Shown here: positions 1 to 9,674 of the stretch, in pieces
Layout: each line of letters opens with the position of its first letter
Position numbering within the stretch: the stretch's first letter is position 1
Virus record (IMG/VR): IMGVR_UViG_3300035212_003113
Coordinates: 248,001 to 312,000 of that record
DNA length: 64,000 nucleotides
Direction: 5' to 3' (one strand)
Made by a program: the position numbers and the translations under genes
The notes under the pieces: generated by a model
Database searches by the model: none
What the model saw: only the letters and a program-made list of their open reading frames with translations
Told to the model about the DNA's origin: nothing

Positions 1-1460
1 CAGGCCGCGGTTGACGCAGAGGCTGCTCGTGCAGCTGCCGCAGAGGCAGCTCTGGCTGACGATATTGCCGCAGAACAGGCTGCTCGTATTGCTGGTGATG
101 CAGCACTCGCCGCAGATCTTGATACTGAAGAGGCTCGCGCCCTCGCCGCAGAGGCAGATCTTGCTGCAGATATTACTGCAGAAGAGAACGCTCGCCAGGC
201 CGCAGATCTTGCTGAAACCGCTGCCCGTATTGCTGGTGACGAGAGCCTTCAGGCGGCTCTGACGAGTGAGATAAATGATCGCCTTGCCGCAGACCTTGCT
301 GTTCAGGCCGACCTGACCTCCGAGGTTAGCCGTGCTCTTGCTGCAGAAGCCGCAATTCAGGCAGAAGTTGATGCAGAAGAGGTAGCCCGTGCTGCCGGTG
401 ACGCACAGCTGACGTCTGATCTCGCTGACGAGGTTTCCCGTGCAACCGCTGCAGAGACCGCTCTCCAGGGCGAGATCGACGCAGAGGAGCTTGCTCGCGC
501 TGCTGCTGATACCGCTCTTGAGGCAGATATCGCAGCAGAAGAGGTACGCGCTCTGGCTGCGGAGGCAGCTCTACAGAGCGACCTCTCGGACGAGACCGCT
601 GCCCGCATTGCTGGTGACGCAACACTGACTGCAGACCTGTCTGCAGAAGTCGTTCGTGCAACGGCTGCAGAGGCCGGCCTACAGAGCCAGATCAGCAGCA
701 TTATCTCGAACGTGGATCCTGCGGCACTCGACTCCCTTACGGAGATCGTTGACGCATTCCAGGGTGCAGATGGTTATATTCTAGATTCGCTCGCTGCGCT
801 TTCAAGCGGCACGAACTCTGCTCTCCAGGCAGAGATTGTTCGCGCAACTGCGGCAGAAGTTGCCCTGCAGGCAGCTATCGATGCAGAGGCTGCAGCTCGC
901 GCAGCAGATGTTGACGCAGAAGAGGCCCGTGCTCTTGCGGCAGAAGTTGCCCTCCAGGCAGCCATTGATGCCGAGGCAGTAGCCCGCGCCGCTGACGTTG
1001 ATGCAGAGGAAGTTCGTGCCCTTGCTGCAGAGGCAGCACTGGCAGCCGATATTGCCACGGAAACTGCTCGTGCCACAGCGGCCGAGGCGGTTCTGACGGC
1101 AGATCTCGCTACAGAGGTTGCTCGCGCCACGGCAGCCGAAGGCGTTCTGACGTCAAATCTTAACTCCGAGATTGCTCGCGCTCTTGCTGCAGAGGATGCA
1201 CTCGACGCGGCAATCGCTGCCGAGACTGCTCGTGCAACGGCAGCAGAAGGCACGCTGACCGCCAATCTAAATAGCGAAATTATACGCGCCACGGCCGCCG
1301 AGCTGGCTCTTGATAATGCAATAGATGCAGAGGCAGCCGAGCGCGCAGCGCAGGACGGTTATCTTGCTGCAGATATTGCCGCAGAGGAGGCTCGTGCTCT
1401 GGCTGCTGAGGCCGCAGAGGCAGCTGCCCGCGCCGCCGCTGACGACGCGCTCGATGCTCG
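1..1460 (+). repeat. Degenerate 54-nt and 33-nt (18-aa and 11-aa) coding tandem repeats
   Basis: Examples: EVSRALAAEAAIQAEVDA, EEVARAAGDAQLTSDLAD, ETARATAAEAVLTADLAT, and short units such as EAAARAADVDA. Confidence 0.85.
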
Positions 1461-2439
1461 CCTTGACGGCATGGAGTCTGAGCGTAGCCAGATGGTACTG
1501 TTTGAGACGGCACCACAGGTTTATGCAGACGGTTCGCCTGGCTCGATTGATCCGATTGATGTCTCGCGTCTTCTGTTGTCGCCACCGCAGTCGCCTGTTC
1601 GCAATGGCTGGTATTTCCGCAACGCGGTAGCTAGCTCGAAGATCAACTGGTACCTGTTCGACGGTCTTGCGAATCCGGTAAAGGTCGGCAGCACGGCTGC
1701 GCCTGACCTTAATGGCTATATGGTCGTCACTGTTGACGGCAATGGTCTTTCGACCGGTCAAAACGTTCCAGTCTCTGGCCGTCCTTGGTTCTCGATGTAC
1801 GCAGGCACAAATATTGCTGCATTCCTGAATCGCGTAACCTTCCAGGTTCCATCGACAACCTCTCTCCCGGCCAAGACAAAGGTGATTCTTTACTTTGGTC
1901 AGGATCCGGGTGCCACGGTATATCCCGCCGATCAGACTCTGCAGCGCATTGCAATGACCTCTGTTTCTACCTCGGGTTCGCCTACGGCCGGAACGCAGGT
2001 GTTCTCTGTGGCAATAAACACGAATAGCGCCTCATCTGTTGATGCGGTCAAGATGGCTGTGGAGACGGCCGGCTTCTGGTCGTCCCCGGCTTCGCCGACG
2101 GCGACTAGCACCCGCTTCCACCGCCAGCTTTCGCTGCAGATTTCGGATCGCGTCACCCCGATCCAGTCTGTTTCGGTAAACAGCGACGTTCTCTGGCTGA
2201 CTGATGTTGTATTGGCGAATGCAACGTCCTCTACCCTGACCGTAACGCTGCCGCATGCAGCAATGCATAATGGTCGCCAGATCACGGTAAAGAAGACAGA
2301 CAGCAGTGCCAACAAGGTAATTGTAAAAGCTGTCTCTGGTACGATTGACGGAACTGCTGCCAGCACCGGCAAGCAGATTTTCCTGCAGTACGAGTCGCTC
2401 ACGGTCGTCTCAGACGGCTCGAACTGGCACGTACTCTGA
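1..2439 (+). CDS. Long Ala-rich coiled-coil fibre protein, 5'-truncated, with a globular middle domain and a small C-terminal beta domain
   Basis: Frame 1 is open from base 1 to the TGA at 2437-2439, so the track's start at 712 is only an internal GTG. It has about 25 E-x-x-(A)R-x-x-A-[ED] repeats of 18 or 11 aa, a DPAALDSLTEIVDAF motif, and a C-terminal VTLP..GRQITVKKTD..TIDG..YESLTVVSDGSNW domain typical of phage fibres. Confidence 0.8.
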   Translation, partial: QAAVDAEAARAAAAEAALADDIAAEQAARIAGDAALAADLDTEEARALAAEADLAADITAEENARQAADLAETAARIAGDESLQAALTSEINDRLAADLAVQADLTSEVSRALAAEAAIQAEVDAEEVARAAGDAQLTSDLADEVSRATAAETALQGEIDAEELARAAADTALEADIAAEEVRALAAEAALQSDLSDETAARIAGDATLTADLSAEVVRATAAEAGLQSQISSIISNVDPAALDSLTEIVDAFQGADGYILDSLAALSSGTNSALQAEIVRATAAEVALQAAIDAEAAARAADVDAEEARALAAEVALQAAIDAEAVARAADVDAEEVRALAAEAALAADIATETARATAAEAVLTADLATEVARATAAEGVLTSNLNSEIARALAAEDALDAAIAAETARATAAEGTLTANLNSEIIRATAAELALDNAIDAEAAERAAQDGYLAADIAAEEARALAAEAAEAAARAAADDALDARLDGMESERSQMVLFETAPQVYADGSPGSIDPIDVSRLLLSPPQSPVRNGWYFRNAVASSKINWYLFDGLANPVKVGSTAAPDLNGYMVVTVDGNGLSTGQNVPVSGRPWFSMYAGTNIAAFLNRVTFQVPSTTSLPAKTKVILYFGQDPGATVYPADQTLQRIAMTSVSTSGSPTAGTQVFSVAINTNSASSVDAVKMAVETAGFWSSPASPTATSTRFHRQLSLQISDRVTPIQSVSVNSDVLWLTDVVLANATSSTLTVTLPHAAMHNGRQITVKKTDSSANKVIVKAVSGTIDGTAASTGKQIFLQYESLTVVSDGSNWHVL

Positions 2440-2458
2440 TAATTAGCTAAATAGAATG

Positions 2459-2500
2459 TAAGCCCGGTTTCAGAGATGAAGCCGGGCTTATATCTTTCTA
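2459..2500 (+). terminator. Intrinsic terminator
   Basis: TAAGCCCGGTTTCA-GAGA-TGAAGCCGGGCTTA forms a 14-bp stem with one G:U pair and a GNRA loop, followed by TATCTTTCT, 20 nt after a double stop. Confidence 0.8.
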
Positions 2501-2521
2501 TCAAAAAATCGGGGGTTCTGC

Positions 2522-3808
2522 ATGACATTCCGCCCACACTCAGACAAGCTAAAGGCCCAGGATAGTAATCAGGTCATTAGCATTCCCAGCCTGCCAGAAG
2601 GGCGCGTACTAGTAAGAGCTGGAAGGATAATTTCAACAATCCTTGTTGGTCCAGATCAGATAGCTTTAAGCGGATTTCCGCTGCCTACCAGTGATACCCA
2701 GCTGTCTACAAAGCAGTACGTAGACGACGCAATATCTGACGCAATCGAGGGCACTATACTCGATGATATTGCATTCCTAAAGCTGGACGGCACACGTCCA
2801 ATGATGGGCGATTTAAATCTTGATGGATACAGGTTAAAGAATCTTCAGAATCCTGTAGAGATGCAGGATGCGGCGACAAAGTACTACGTAGAGACATTTG
2901 CCACCAATCGCCACCTAAGCAATCTTTGTCCCGGCACTGCGGTGAATCAGTGGCTTATTCCGGATGCAAATCTGACTCAGTCACTTGGTGCTCAGCAGGG
3001 CACATATGGTTCTGAGACGCCTAAGAACTGGGCAGCAGTATTTTCGCATGAATTTATTTCAGCTGGCACTGATCAGCTATATCTGGCATCGTGCTCTCCG
3101 GACATGGAGCCGGACTCTGCCGGCAGAGACGTCGTAATTACTGCAGACGGAGCAGGACTACTGGCCGGCACGGATGGTGGCGACATCAGACTGGAGACGG
3201 CAGCCGTATCCGGAGGCGGTGTTCGCGGTTCAGTGTTGCTTAATGCGGCCCGGCTTGATCTTAACCTTGTTAAGATAACAAGTCTTGCAAATCCGACCGA
3301 TCCAAAGGACGCTGCCAATAAAGAGTACGTAGATGACAAGATAGATTCTATGATGGCTGCCTCTGTGTCAGAGGGAGTCCTCAGTATATATGCTCCAGAC
3401 GGTTACACCGGTTCGATTTCTATATTCGGAAGTCAGCTAAGCCTAAATGGCGCGCCAATAACAAATGTGGCCGCTCCTACTGCGCCAAGCGATGTCGCAA
3501 CAAAAGAGTACGTAGATAGCCTTGCGCGGCTAAATGTCGTTACCAAGGCAGAGGACTATTTGGCTATTACGTCGGATAGGATAATTCTAGTCGACACTGC
3601 CACGAGCGATGTTAATATTGATCTTCCGTCCGCAGTCGGGCAATCTGGACTAGCAATATACATTAAAAGAATATCAGATGGCTTGAACAAGGCATACATA
3701 AATGCTCAGTTGGGTCAGACAATAGATGGTGATGGCTTTATTACGGTGCACTTGCAATGGGAGTCGCATACTCTTGTTTCTAATGGCGCAAACTGGTACG
3801 TGATGTGA
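2522..3808 (+). CDS. Fibre/collar-type structural protein with KxYVD repeats
   Basis: Repeats QLSTKQYVD, DAATKYYVE, DAANKEYVD and DVATKEYVD, each after P-x-x-x-x-D-like turns. It has the same C-terminal LP..IKR..TIDG..WESHTLVSNGANW domain as the upstream gene. Confidence 0.7.
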   Translation: MTFRPHSDKLKAQDSNQVISIPSLPEGRVLVRAGRIISTILVGPDQIALSGFPLPTSDTQLSTKQYVDDAISDAIEGTILDDIAFLKLDGTRPMMGDLNLDGYRLKNLQNPVEMQDAATKYYVETFATNRHLSNLCPGTAVNQWLIPDANLTQSLGAQQGTYGSETPKNWAAVFSHEFISAGTDQLYLASCSPDMEPDSAGRDVVITADGAGLLAGTDGGDIRLETAAVSGGGVRGSVLLNAARLDLNLVKITSLANPTDPKDAANKEYVDDKIDSMMAASVSEGVLSIYAPDGYTGSISIFGSQLSLNGAPITNVAAPTAPSDVATKEYVDSLARLNVVTKAEDYLAITSDRIILVDTATSDVNIDLPSAVGQSGLAIYIKRISDGLNKAYINAQLGQTIDGDGFITVHLQWESHTLVSNGANWYVM

Positions 3809-3814
3809 GGAAAA

Positions 3815-6800
3815 ATGCTGCCGATTTATACGCCCCTGCCAGAAGATGGCTATTGCGACACTCCGTATGATGGTCCAGATTTAATTCCGGGGGATGGATA
3901 CGTCGCCGCTCCAGCGCAGGCATCGTACGTCGTTCTTGCGCCATATCCAGCTCTGCCTAACGAGAGGGTTCTGCAGGCAGGAGACGGCGTAACGATCATA
4001 GATACCGGTCCAGATGGCACCGTAACAATAAGCGCCGGGCCATATGTCGGCGACATCACTGCCTCGACCCCGCTTGCCGTCACCGGTACTGATACAAAAA
4101 ACATATCCCTGACCGGCATAGTGCCTGTCCATCATGGTGGGACTGGTCACTTCTCTTATCTAGTAGGGGATCTGCTTGTAGCAGATAGCACCAATTCTTT
4201 TCAGAAGCTGCCTGCAGGGGACGACGGCTACGTTCTGATTGCATCTGGACCAGAGTCTCTGCCGACGTGGGGAAAGCTGGATATAGGCGGCTACGCAGAA
4301 GGCATTTTACCTGTGTCAAAAGGCGGCACCGGCACTGACAGCCTCGCCGCTTCTGGTATTTTAACTGTTAATTCTGCGGGGGATACGCTTGTATCTGTTA
4401 TCGGAAATACAAGTGGCCAGCACTTGGTGTGGACAGGGTCTGCATGGGAGCCGGAGGCGGTTGTAACCGGCGTTTCGGAGGTGACTGCTGCTGCACCAAT
4501 CACCTCGTCTGGCGGCACTAGTCCCGAAATAGGTCTGCAGAACAGCGGGGCGATTGCCGGCTCTTATGGCGGCGCCGCCAGTATACCAGTTATATCTGTA
4601 ACAGCAAAAGGGCTTGTATCTTCCATCACTGAGCAGGAAGCAGAGATCGATCTGACTGCAAATGTCACTGGAGTTTTGCCAGTATCAAGCGGTGGTACAA
4701 ATGCCACCGCCCTTGTTCCGCGCGGGGTGCTGCTCTCAAATCTTGACGGCTCTGCGGTTGTTTCAGTTCAAGGAATTTCAGAAGATGATCAGCTTGTGTG
4801 GGACGGCTTTGAATGGAAGCCGCGAGCATTTACGGGTCTTCTCGGTATAACAGGCATTCACCCAATAAATGTATCTGACGGTTATGTCGCCGAGGTATCG
4901 CTTGAGGATAGCGGAGTCGAAGCAGGAACATACGGTGGTACGGCAAGTTCAGCAGTTATTAGCGTAGACGCAAAGGGTATCGTTACGTCTGTTTCAAACG
5001 TTCCGATTACTGCTAGCCCAGGCGGTGTTGCAGGTGGCTCTCTAACGGGCCTATATCCAAATCCCGAGTTGCGTGACGGCTCGGTGTCCGAAGGCAAGAT
5101 CCTTGATGGAGCAGTTACTCCTCAGAAGCTCGCATCTACCGGCGTGATAGCTGGCACATATGGCAGCACAGATCCTGACTTCATTTTTTTAAATTCATTT
5201 CAGGTTAACACAAAAGGCCAGCTGACATCTGCAGAGCAGGCACCGCTTATCGCAGATGGCCTGCCTATAAAAGGCCAGGTACAGGGCATTATTGGTGCCA
5301 CTATTGCAGCATTAGCTGGAGATTTAGCCGGAGATCTGAGAGACTCTTTTGTAGTTGGCCTGGCTGGGCAAGACCTCGATCAGACGCTTCCCGGTGGCGA
5401 GGATTGGATTCTGGCGTGGGAGACCTATGATCCTGCCCCAGAAGAGCCGGATGCGCCACCTTCTGCAGATTATGATATATCGGTAGACGTTGGCCGGAAC
5501 ATGGTTTTCTCTACTTTTGGAGCAGCACTCCCGAGCTTTTCTAGAATTAGATTTGGTCTCCGCCCTGTGGAGCCGCTTGAGCCGCCAAGTCAGTTGCCAT
5601 CGCCCGTTGTTGGCGGAGTAGATTATTGGACGGTCGCAGGGAGCAGCTCTGGAAATCTAGTGGCATCAAGCCTTCAAAATGCAAAAGACGGTCATTTTAT
5701 AACATTTGCGTCAGAAGGTCTAAATGCCTACATAGAGTATTATCCGAGGACAGAGAGATCCCCTGCGATGGGTCGCTGGACCCCGAAAGATATTGCGCTC
5801 AAGCCGCTGGTTCCGGCTCCGACCGGTACCTATGGGTCCGTTGGCTCAATTCCAGTGATTACTGTAGATGATCGCGGCCGCACGACATCAGTATCCGTAA
5901 CATCTGATATCAGCGCATCACAGCTACAAGGTCATGCTATTTCGAGTGCTGCTCCCACTAACGGCCTAGCTCTTATGTGGGATGGTTATACTGATCAGTG
6001 GACTCCGTCCCCCGTCTCTCCCGCCCCGCTTTCTCCAAATCCAGAGGGCACGTACGGAGCAGGCAGCAGCATACCTGTTATAACTGTCAATGATCGTGGG
6101 CAGATAACGGCTGTCGCGCCTACCACTGTTAGCGGCGGCGACCTGGATGGGTCGTCGGGCTCAGTAAAGGTTGTTGGCCTGCAAGGAAATCCGGTCTCGT
6201 CTCTTAGTCCTGGTGGCGGACAAGTGCTGCTCTGGGACTCGACAGAGTGGATTCCGGCCACAGTCGGATCTCTTACGCCGTTTGTGCCAAGCCCTGATGG
6301 TTATTATGGCTCAAGCACAAGTGTTTCACAGATTACCGTAGATGAGTACGGCAGAATATCCGCAGTCGAGTCAGTAGCAATAGACATAAGCGGCATGCCG
6401 GTCGGGGGTCACGCCTCTGGAACGGTTGGGAATATCTCTATTTCTGTTGGAGGCGAGGTAACAGGTGATGTAGCAGATATACAGATACCGGTTGGTGGCG
6501 ACGTTGCCGGCCCGATATCTGATGCAACAGTTAGCGGTATACAGGGAGTAGGTGTTTCCGCAACCGCTCCTACTCCGGGTCAAGTTCTATATTTCAATGG
6601 CTCAGAATGGGTTCCTACTTCGACAACAGGCGGAGCACCTGTAGACTCGCAGTTTATAGTGGTATCGGCAGACGGCATTCTCGTAAACGAGCGCGTCCTG
6701 TCAGGCGGCACAAATATAACAATAACGGATAACGGCGCAGGGGCCTCACTCGAACTAGGGCTGAGTGAACTGCTTACCAGTACGACGGAGATTCCACCGG

Positions 6801-8149
6801 GTGGTGAGGCGTACGATAGACCCGGCACATACGGAGATGCAAATCGAGTCCCGCGCATAACGGTAGATATAAATGGCAGAATCACAGGAATTACGCAAGG
6901 AGTGCTGGAGTTAGGTGGCGATCTAGATGGCATAAATCTTGTTTCACCAACACCGCTGTCGCCACCAACTCTTAATCATACAACCATTATTAAGATTCAA
7001 GGTCGTACCGTAAGTGTTCCAGGGATTCCGTCACTTGGGCCCGATCCTGTCTCTGCAGACAGCGTCTTTACATGGAATGGCAGTGCCTGGGTGGCCAGGC
7101 TGGTGGATACAATACAGGGGCGCTCTGTCTCTGCAGCTGCTCCTGCTCTAGGCGACGGTCTTATGTGGGACGGCACTCAATGGGCGCCATACCAGTTGGC
7201 TGGCGCCGGAGATGTGTCCGGCCCTGATGGTGCAACAAATAACAGGATTTCGCTTTTTGATGGAGCATCCGGCAAGCTAATTAAGCAGTCGCTCGTCGGC
7301 ATAGATAGCTCGGGCAATGTCACAGGCGTTCGCACCCTGGCGGCCAGTCTTGATATATCTACTTCTGCAGATATTCATGCAGGAGCAGGTCTTTACGGAG
7401 TAACGCTTAATGTGACAGGATTGTCAACGCTTGCTTCTGTGGGCGCCTCATCAGTAACCACTGCATCGCTGACAGTAAATACTAGCGCAAACATAACGAA
7501 TGCTACGATTACAGGGACTTTTACCGGCGGCGGCACTTTCTCTGGATCTATATCTAGCGCAACAATAGGCTCATCTACTGCTGCTTCTCATGGCTCACGA
7601 CATGCCCCTGGTGGCCTTGATGCACTGGCTACTGCAGCACCACTGCATGGAATTGGCGCAGGCAATACGGAAGGCACTGCCACAAGCTTTGCTCGCAGTG
7701 ATCACGACCATACAATTCGTTCTGGCCTGACTAATCTAACAATCGGTGATATCGGAGATGGCCAATTCCTTAAGCGAGTTGACACAGAAATTGTCGGTGC
7801 CGCATCAGGTGCAGTCAAGGTATTGACGGGTAATTTTGTAGGCGAGTTGACGTCGACGCTGGACGGCAGCTCTCGCTGGTATCCGCCGAGCTTTGTACGC
7901 ATTCTTCGCGTATGGGCTTCGCTAGGCGAGTCTGCCGCAGGAGTCACTGAGTTTGATGTATTGAAAGGCAGCACGGGCACGCCAATCACTATTCTTCCTG
8001 CTCACCTGCAGATCGTTGCTGGCGAGCACAGGTCTGCGGATCTGCTGCTGTCTACCCCTGTGGATTTGAATATTTCAGAGTACATAACGATCTCTCTTGT
8101 TGCCGCAAATGGCGGAAGCAACGCAGTTGTTTTCATAGAATACGAATAA
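3815..8149 (+). CDS. Large modular Gly/Ser/Thr-rich tail-fibre-like protein (1444 aa)
   Basis: GAGG SD at about 3807. Seven G(T/S/Y)YG...IPVITVD.xGxI-type motifs, multiple L-x-W-[DN]-G-x-x-W hairpins and LPVxxGGTG repeats, all characteristic of phage fibres. Confidence 0.75.
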   Translation: MLPIYTPLPEDGYCDTPYDGPDLIPGDGYVAAPAQASYVVLAPYPALPNERVLQAGDGVTIIDTGPDGTVTISAGPYVGDITASTPLAVTGTDTKNISLTGIVPVHHGGTGHFSYLVGDLLVADSTNSFQKLPAGDDGYVLIASGPESLPTWGKLDIGGYAEGILPVSKGGTGTDSLAASGILTVNSAGDTLVSVIGNTSGQHLVWTGSAWEPEAVVTGVSEVTAAAPITSSGGTSPEIGLQNSGAIAGSYGGAASIPVISVTAKGLVSSITEQEAEIDLTANVTGVLPVSSGGTNATALVPRGVLLSNLDGSAVVSVQGISEDDQLVWDGFEWKPRAFTGLLGITGIHPINVSDGYVAEVSLEDSGVEAGTYGGTASSAVISVDAKGIVTSVSNVPITASPGGVAGGSLTGLYPNPELRDGSVSEGKILDGAVTPQKLASTGVIAGTYGSTDPDFIFLNSFQVNTKGQLTSAEQAPLIADGLPIKGQVQGIIGATIAALAGDLAGDLRDSFVVGLAGQDLDQTLPGGEDWILAWETYDPAPEEPDAPPSADYDISVDVGRNMVFSTFGAALPSFSRIRFGLRPVEPLEPPSQLPSPVVGGVDYWTVAGSSSGNLVASSLQNAKDGHFITFASEGLNAYIEYYPRTERSPAMGRWTPKDIALKPLVPAPTGTYGSVGSIPVITVDDRGRTTSVSVTSDISASQLQGHAISSAAPTNGLALMWDGYTDQWTPSPVSPAPLSPNPEGTYGAGSSIPVITVNDRGQITAVAPTTVSGGDLDGSSGSVKVVGLQGNPVSSLSPGGGQVLLWDSTEWIPATVGSLTPFVPSPDGYYGSSTSVSQITVDEYGRISAVESVAIDISGMPVGGHASGTVGNISISVGGEVTGDVADIQIPVGGDVAGPISDATVSGIQGVGVSATAPTPGQVLYFNGSEWVPTSTTGGAPVDSQFIVVSADGILVNERVLSGGTNITITDNGAGASLELGLSELLTSTTEIPPGGEAYDRPGTYGDANRVPRITVDINGRITGITQGVLELGGDLDGINLVSPTPLSPPTLNHTTIIKIQGRTVSVPGIPSLGPDPVSADSVFTWNGSAWVARLVDTIQGRSVSAAAPALGDGLMWDGTQWAPYQLAGAGDVSGPDGATNNRISLFDGASGKLIKQSLVGIDSSGNVTGVRTLAASLDISTSADIHAGAGLYGVTLNVTGLSTLASVGASSVTTASLTVNTSANITNATITGTFTGGGTFSGSISSATIGSSTAASHGSRHAPGGLDALATAAPLHGIGAGNTEGTATSFARSDHDHTIRSGLTNLTIGDIGDGQFLKRVDTEIVGAASGAVKVLTGNFVGELTSTLDGSSRWYPPSFVRILRVWASLGESAAGVTEFDVLKGSTGTPITILPAHLQIVAGEHRSADLLLSTPVDLNISEYITISLVAANGGSNAVVFIEYE

Positions 8150-8214
8150 GCACGTAGTAAAATACGCGGCTATATGCAGCGATAACAAAATCCCCGCACT
8201 CGCCAGGAGGGGCC

Positions 8215-9015
8215 ATGAAGAGAGTAAATCTGGCATTCTCAGGCTCTGGGCAGCTTTATCCTGCTTTTGTCGGCGTCCTCATGTGTCTAAAGGACCGCGG
8301 GTATTCTATCGCAGAAATAAGCGCTACTTCTGGCGGAGCAATAATCGCAGCAGCATTCGCGTCTGGTTTTGAGCCTGGCATAGAGCTAATATCTCTTATC
8401 AAGTCTACACTGCCTATTAAGAACAGGCTCTTTGATTTTTCATTGCGCTCACTTCTGCGTAGATGGGGCCTGATTAAAGGTGATAGGATTGAGGAGAAAT
8501 TCCGGAAGCATTTCTGTGCACGTCTGTCAGATTGCAAGGTTCCTCTTCATATAACTGCATCAAATATTTCTGCTCGCCGAGCACGTGTGATTAGCTCTGC
8601 AGCAGATCCTGACTTCAGCACAGCCCGCGCCGTACGCGCCTCGATCTCGCTTCCCTTTATATTCGCCCCGGTCGTTATAGACGGGGACATCTATGTAGAT
8701 GGTGGTTGGTTGATGAACTTGCCATGCGAGGTATTTAAAAATGATTTGCCGGTGCTTGCATTCAGGTTCAAGAACAGAAACGCAGTCAGTAGCAGTATCA
8801 AGAGCGCAGCGAAGTACGTGGGAGCACTACTGGAGGCAGTGATTGATGGCGATCCAGAGAGATTGCCGCGCGAGCCTATAAGTGTCATAGATATAGCCAC
8901 TAGACACAGCACTTTGTCATTTAATGTAAGTGATCGCGATGTCGACGAGATGATCCGCGAGGGCTATATCTCTACAGCAGAGTGGTTGGATAAAAATGAA
9001 GGCAAAGTCCAATAA
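8215..9015 (+). CDS. Patatin-like phospholipase
   Basis: Gly-rich loop FSGSGQLYPAFVG, nucleophile elbow ATSGG (G-x-S-x-G variant), RASISLPFIF and YVDGG catalytic Asp motif; AGGAGG SD upstream. Confidence 0.9.
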   Translation: MKRVNLAFSGSGQLYPAFVGVLMCLKDRGYSIAEISATSGGAIIAAAFASGFEPGIELISLIKSTLPIKNRLFDFSLRSLLRRWGLIKGDRIEEKFRKHFCARLSDCKVPLHITASNISARRARVISSAADPDFSTARAVRASISLPFIFAPVVIDGDIYVDGGWLMNLPCEVFKNDLPVLAFRFKNRNAVSSSIKSAAKYVGALLEAVIDGDPERLPREPISVIDIATRHSTLSFNVSDRDVDEMIREGYISTAEWLDKNEGKVQ

Positions 9016-9283
9016 ATGCGAGATATGCGACCTGGCCGAGGCACCTGTTCTCCATGTGCATCATATAATTCCGCGCCATGATCCGCGCTCGACAGAGCAC
9101 CTTAACAATCTTGTTACTGTATGTGCAAATTGCCATCATATGATTCATCGCACTCGCATAATTTGCGAGGGATGGTACAATACGAGCTCAGGGCGTCGTT
9201 TCTTTTGGAGGCGAGCAGGAGAGGAACCAAAGGTGGCCCAGGGAGTTGTACTATATATAGATGGTCGAGTAGAGATCGGCTAA
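8996..9283 (+). CDS. Small HNH endonuclease
   Basis: CEIC...HVHHIIP...NLVTVCANCH pattern. Confidence 0.88.
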   Translation: MKAKSNKCEICDLAEAPVLHVHHIIPRHDPRSTEHLNNLVTVCANCHHMIHRTRIICEGWYNTSSGRRFFWRRAGEEPKVAQGVVLYIDGRVEIG

Positions 9284-9362
9284 ATCAATTATTGCAATAG
9301 CAATAATAAAGATGTAATCGTAGACGAATCGGACAGTCCCGATTGGATAGGAGAGGAAGAAA

Positions 9363-9659
9363 ATGGAAGACAATAAGAAAAATCCTGTTGATCGTTTTCT
9401 CGAGCGCTCGGATCTTGGAGAGCTTGAGAGCAGCATCGCGGCTCGTCTTGTTAATGGTAAACAGCAGCTTGATGAAACCCAGGCCACTCTACAGCGCCTG
9501 CGTGACGAGCAACTTAAAATCGAGCAGCGCTTTGTTGGTCTGTCGCACCAAGTAAAGGCGATGGCTGACCTTGCTGCCGAGCTACAGACTCGTCACGAGA
9601 GCAAGTTTGCTCAGACAAACGAAGTAGTTGCTGCGCAGGCAACTGCTAATGCCGGCTGA
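9363..9659 (+). CDS. Hypothetical coiled-coil protein
   Basis: GAGGAAG SD; heptad-like QLDETQATLQRLRDEQLKIEQRF segment. Confidence 0.65.
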   Translation: MEDNKKNPVDRFLERSDLGELESSIAARLVNGKQQLDETQATLQRLRDEQLKIEQRFVGLSHQVKAMADLAAELQTRHESKFAQTNEVVAAQATANAG

Positions 9660-9674
9660 GGCAGGCGGGAACAG

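Noticed and set aside
712-714. Track start of the first large ORF
   Set aside because: The frame is open back to base 1 with the same repeats, so the true start lies outside the window.
11-1761. Several overlapping ORFs on other frames and strands (e.g. 326-661, 357-701 and 774-1292 on the minus strand)
   Set aside because: They are shadows of the Ala-rich GCN repeat gene, have no RBS and give low-complexity translations.
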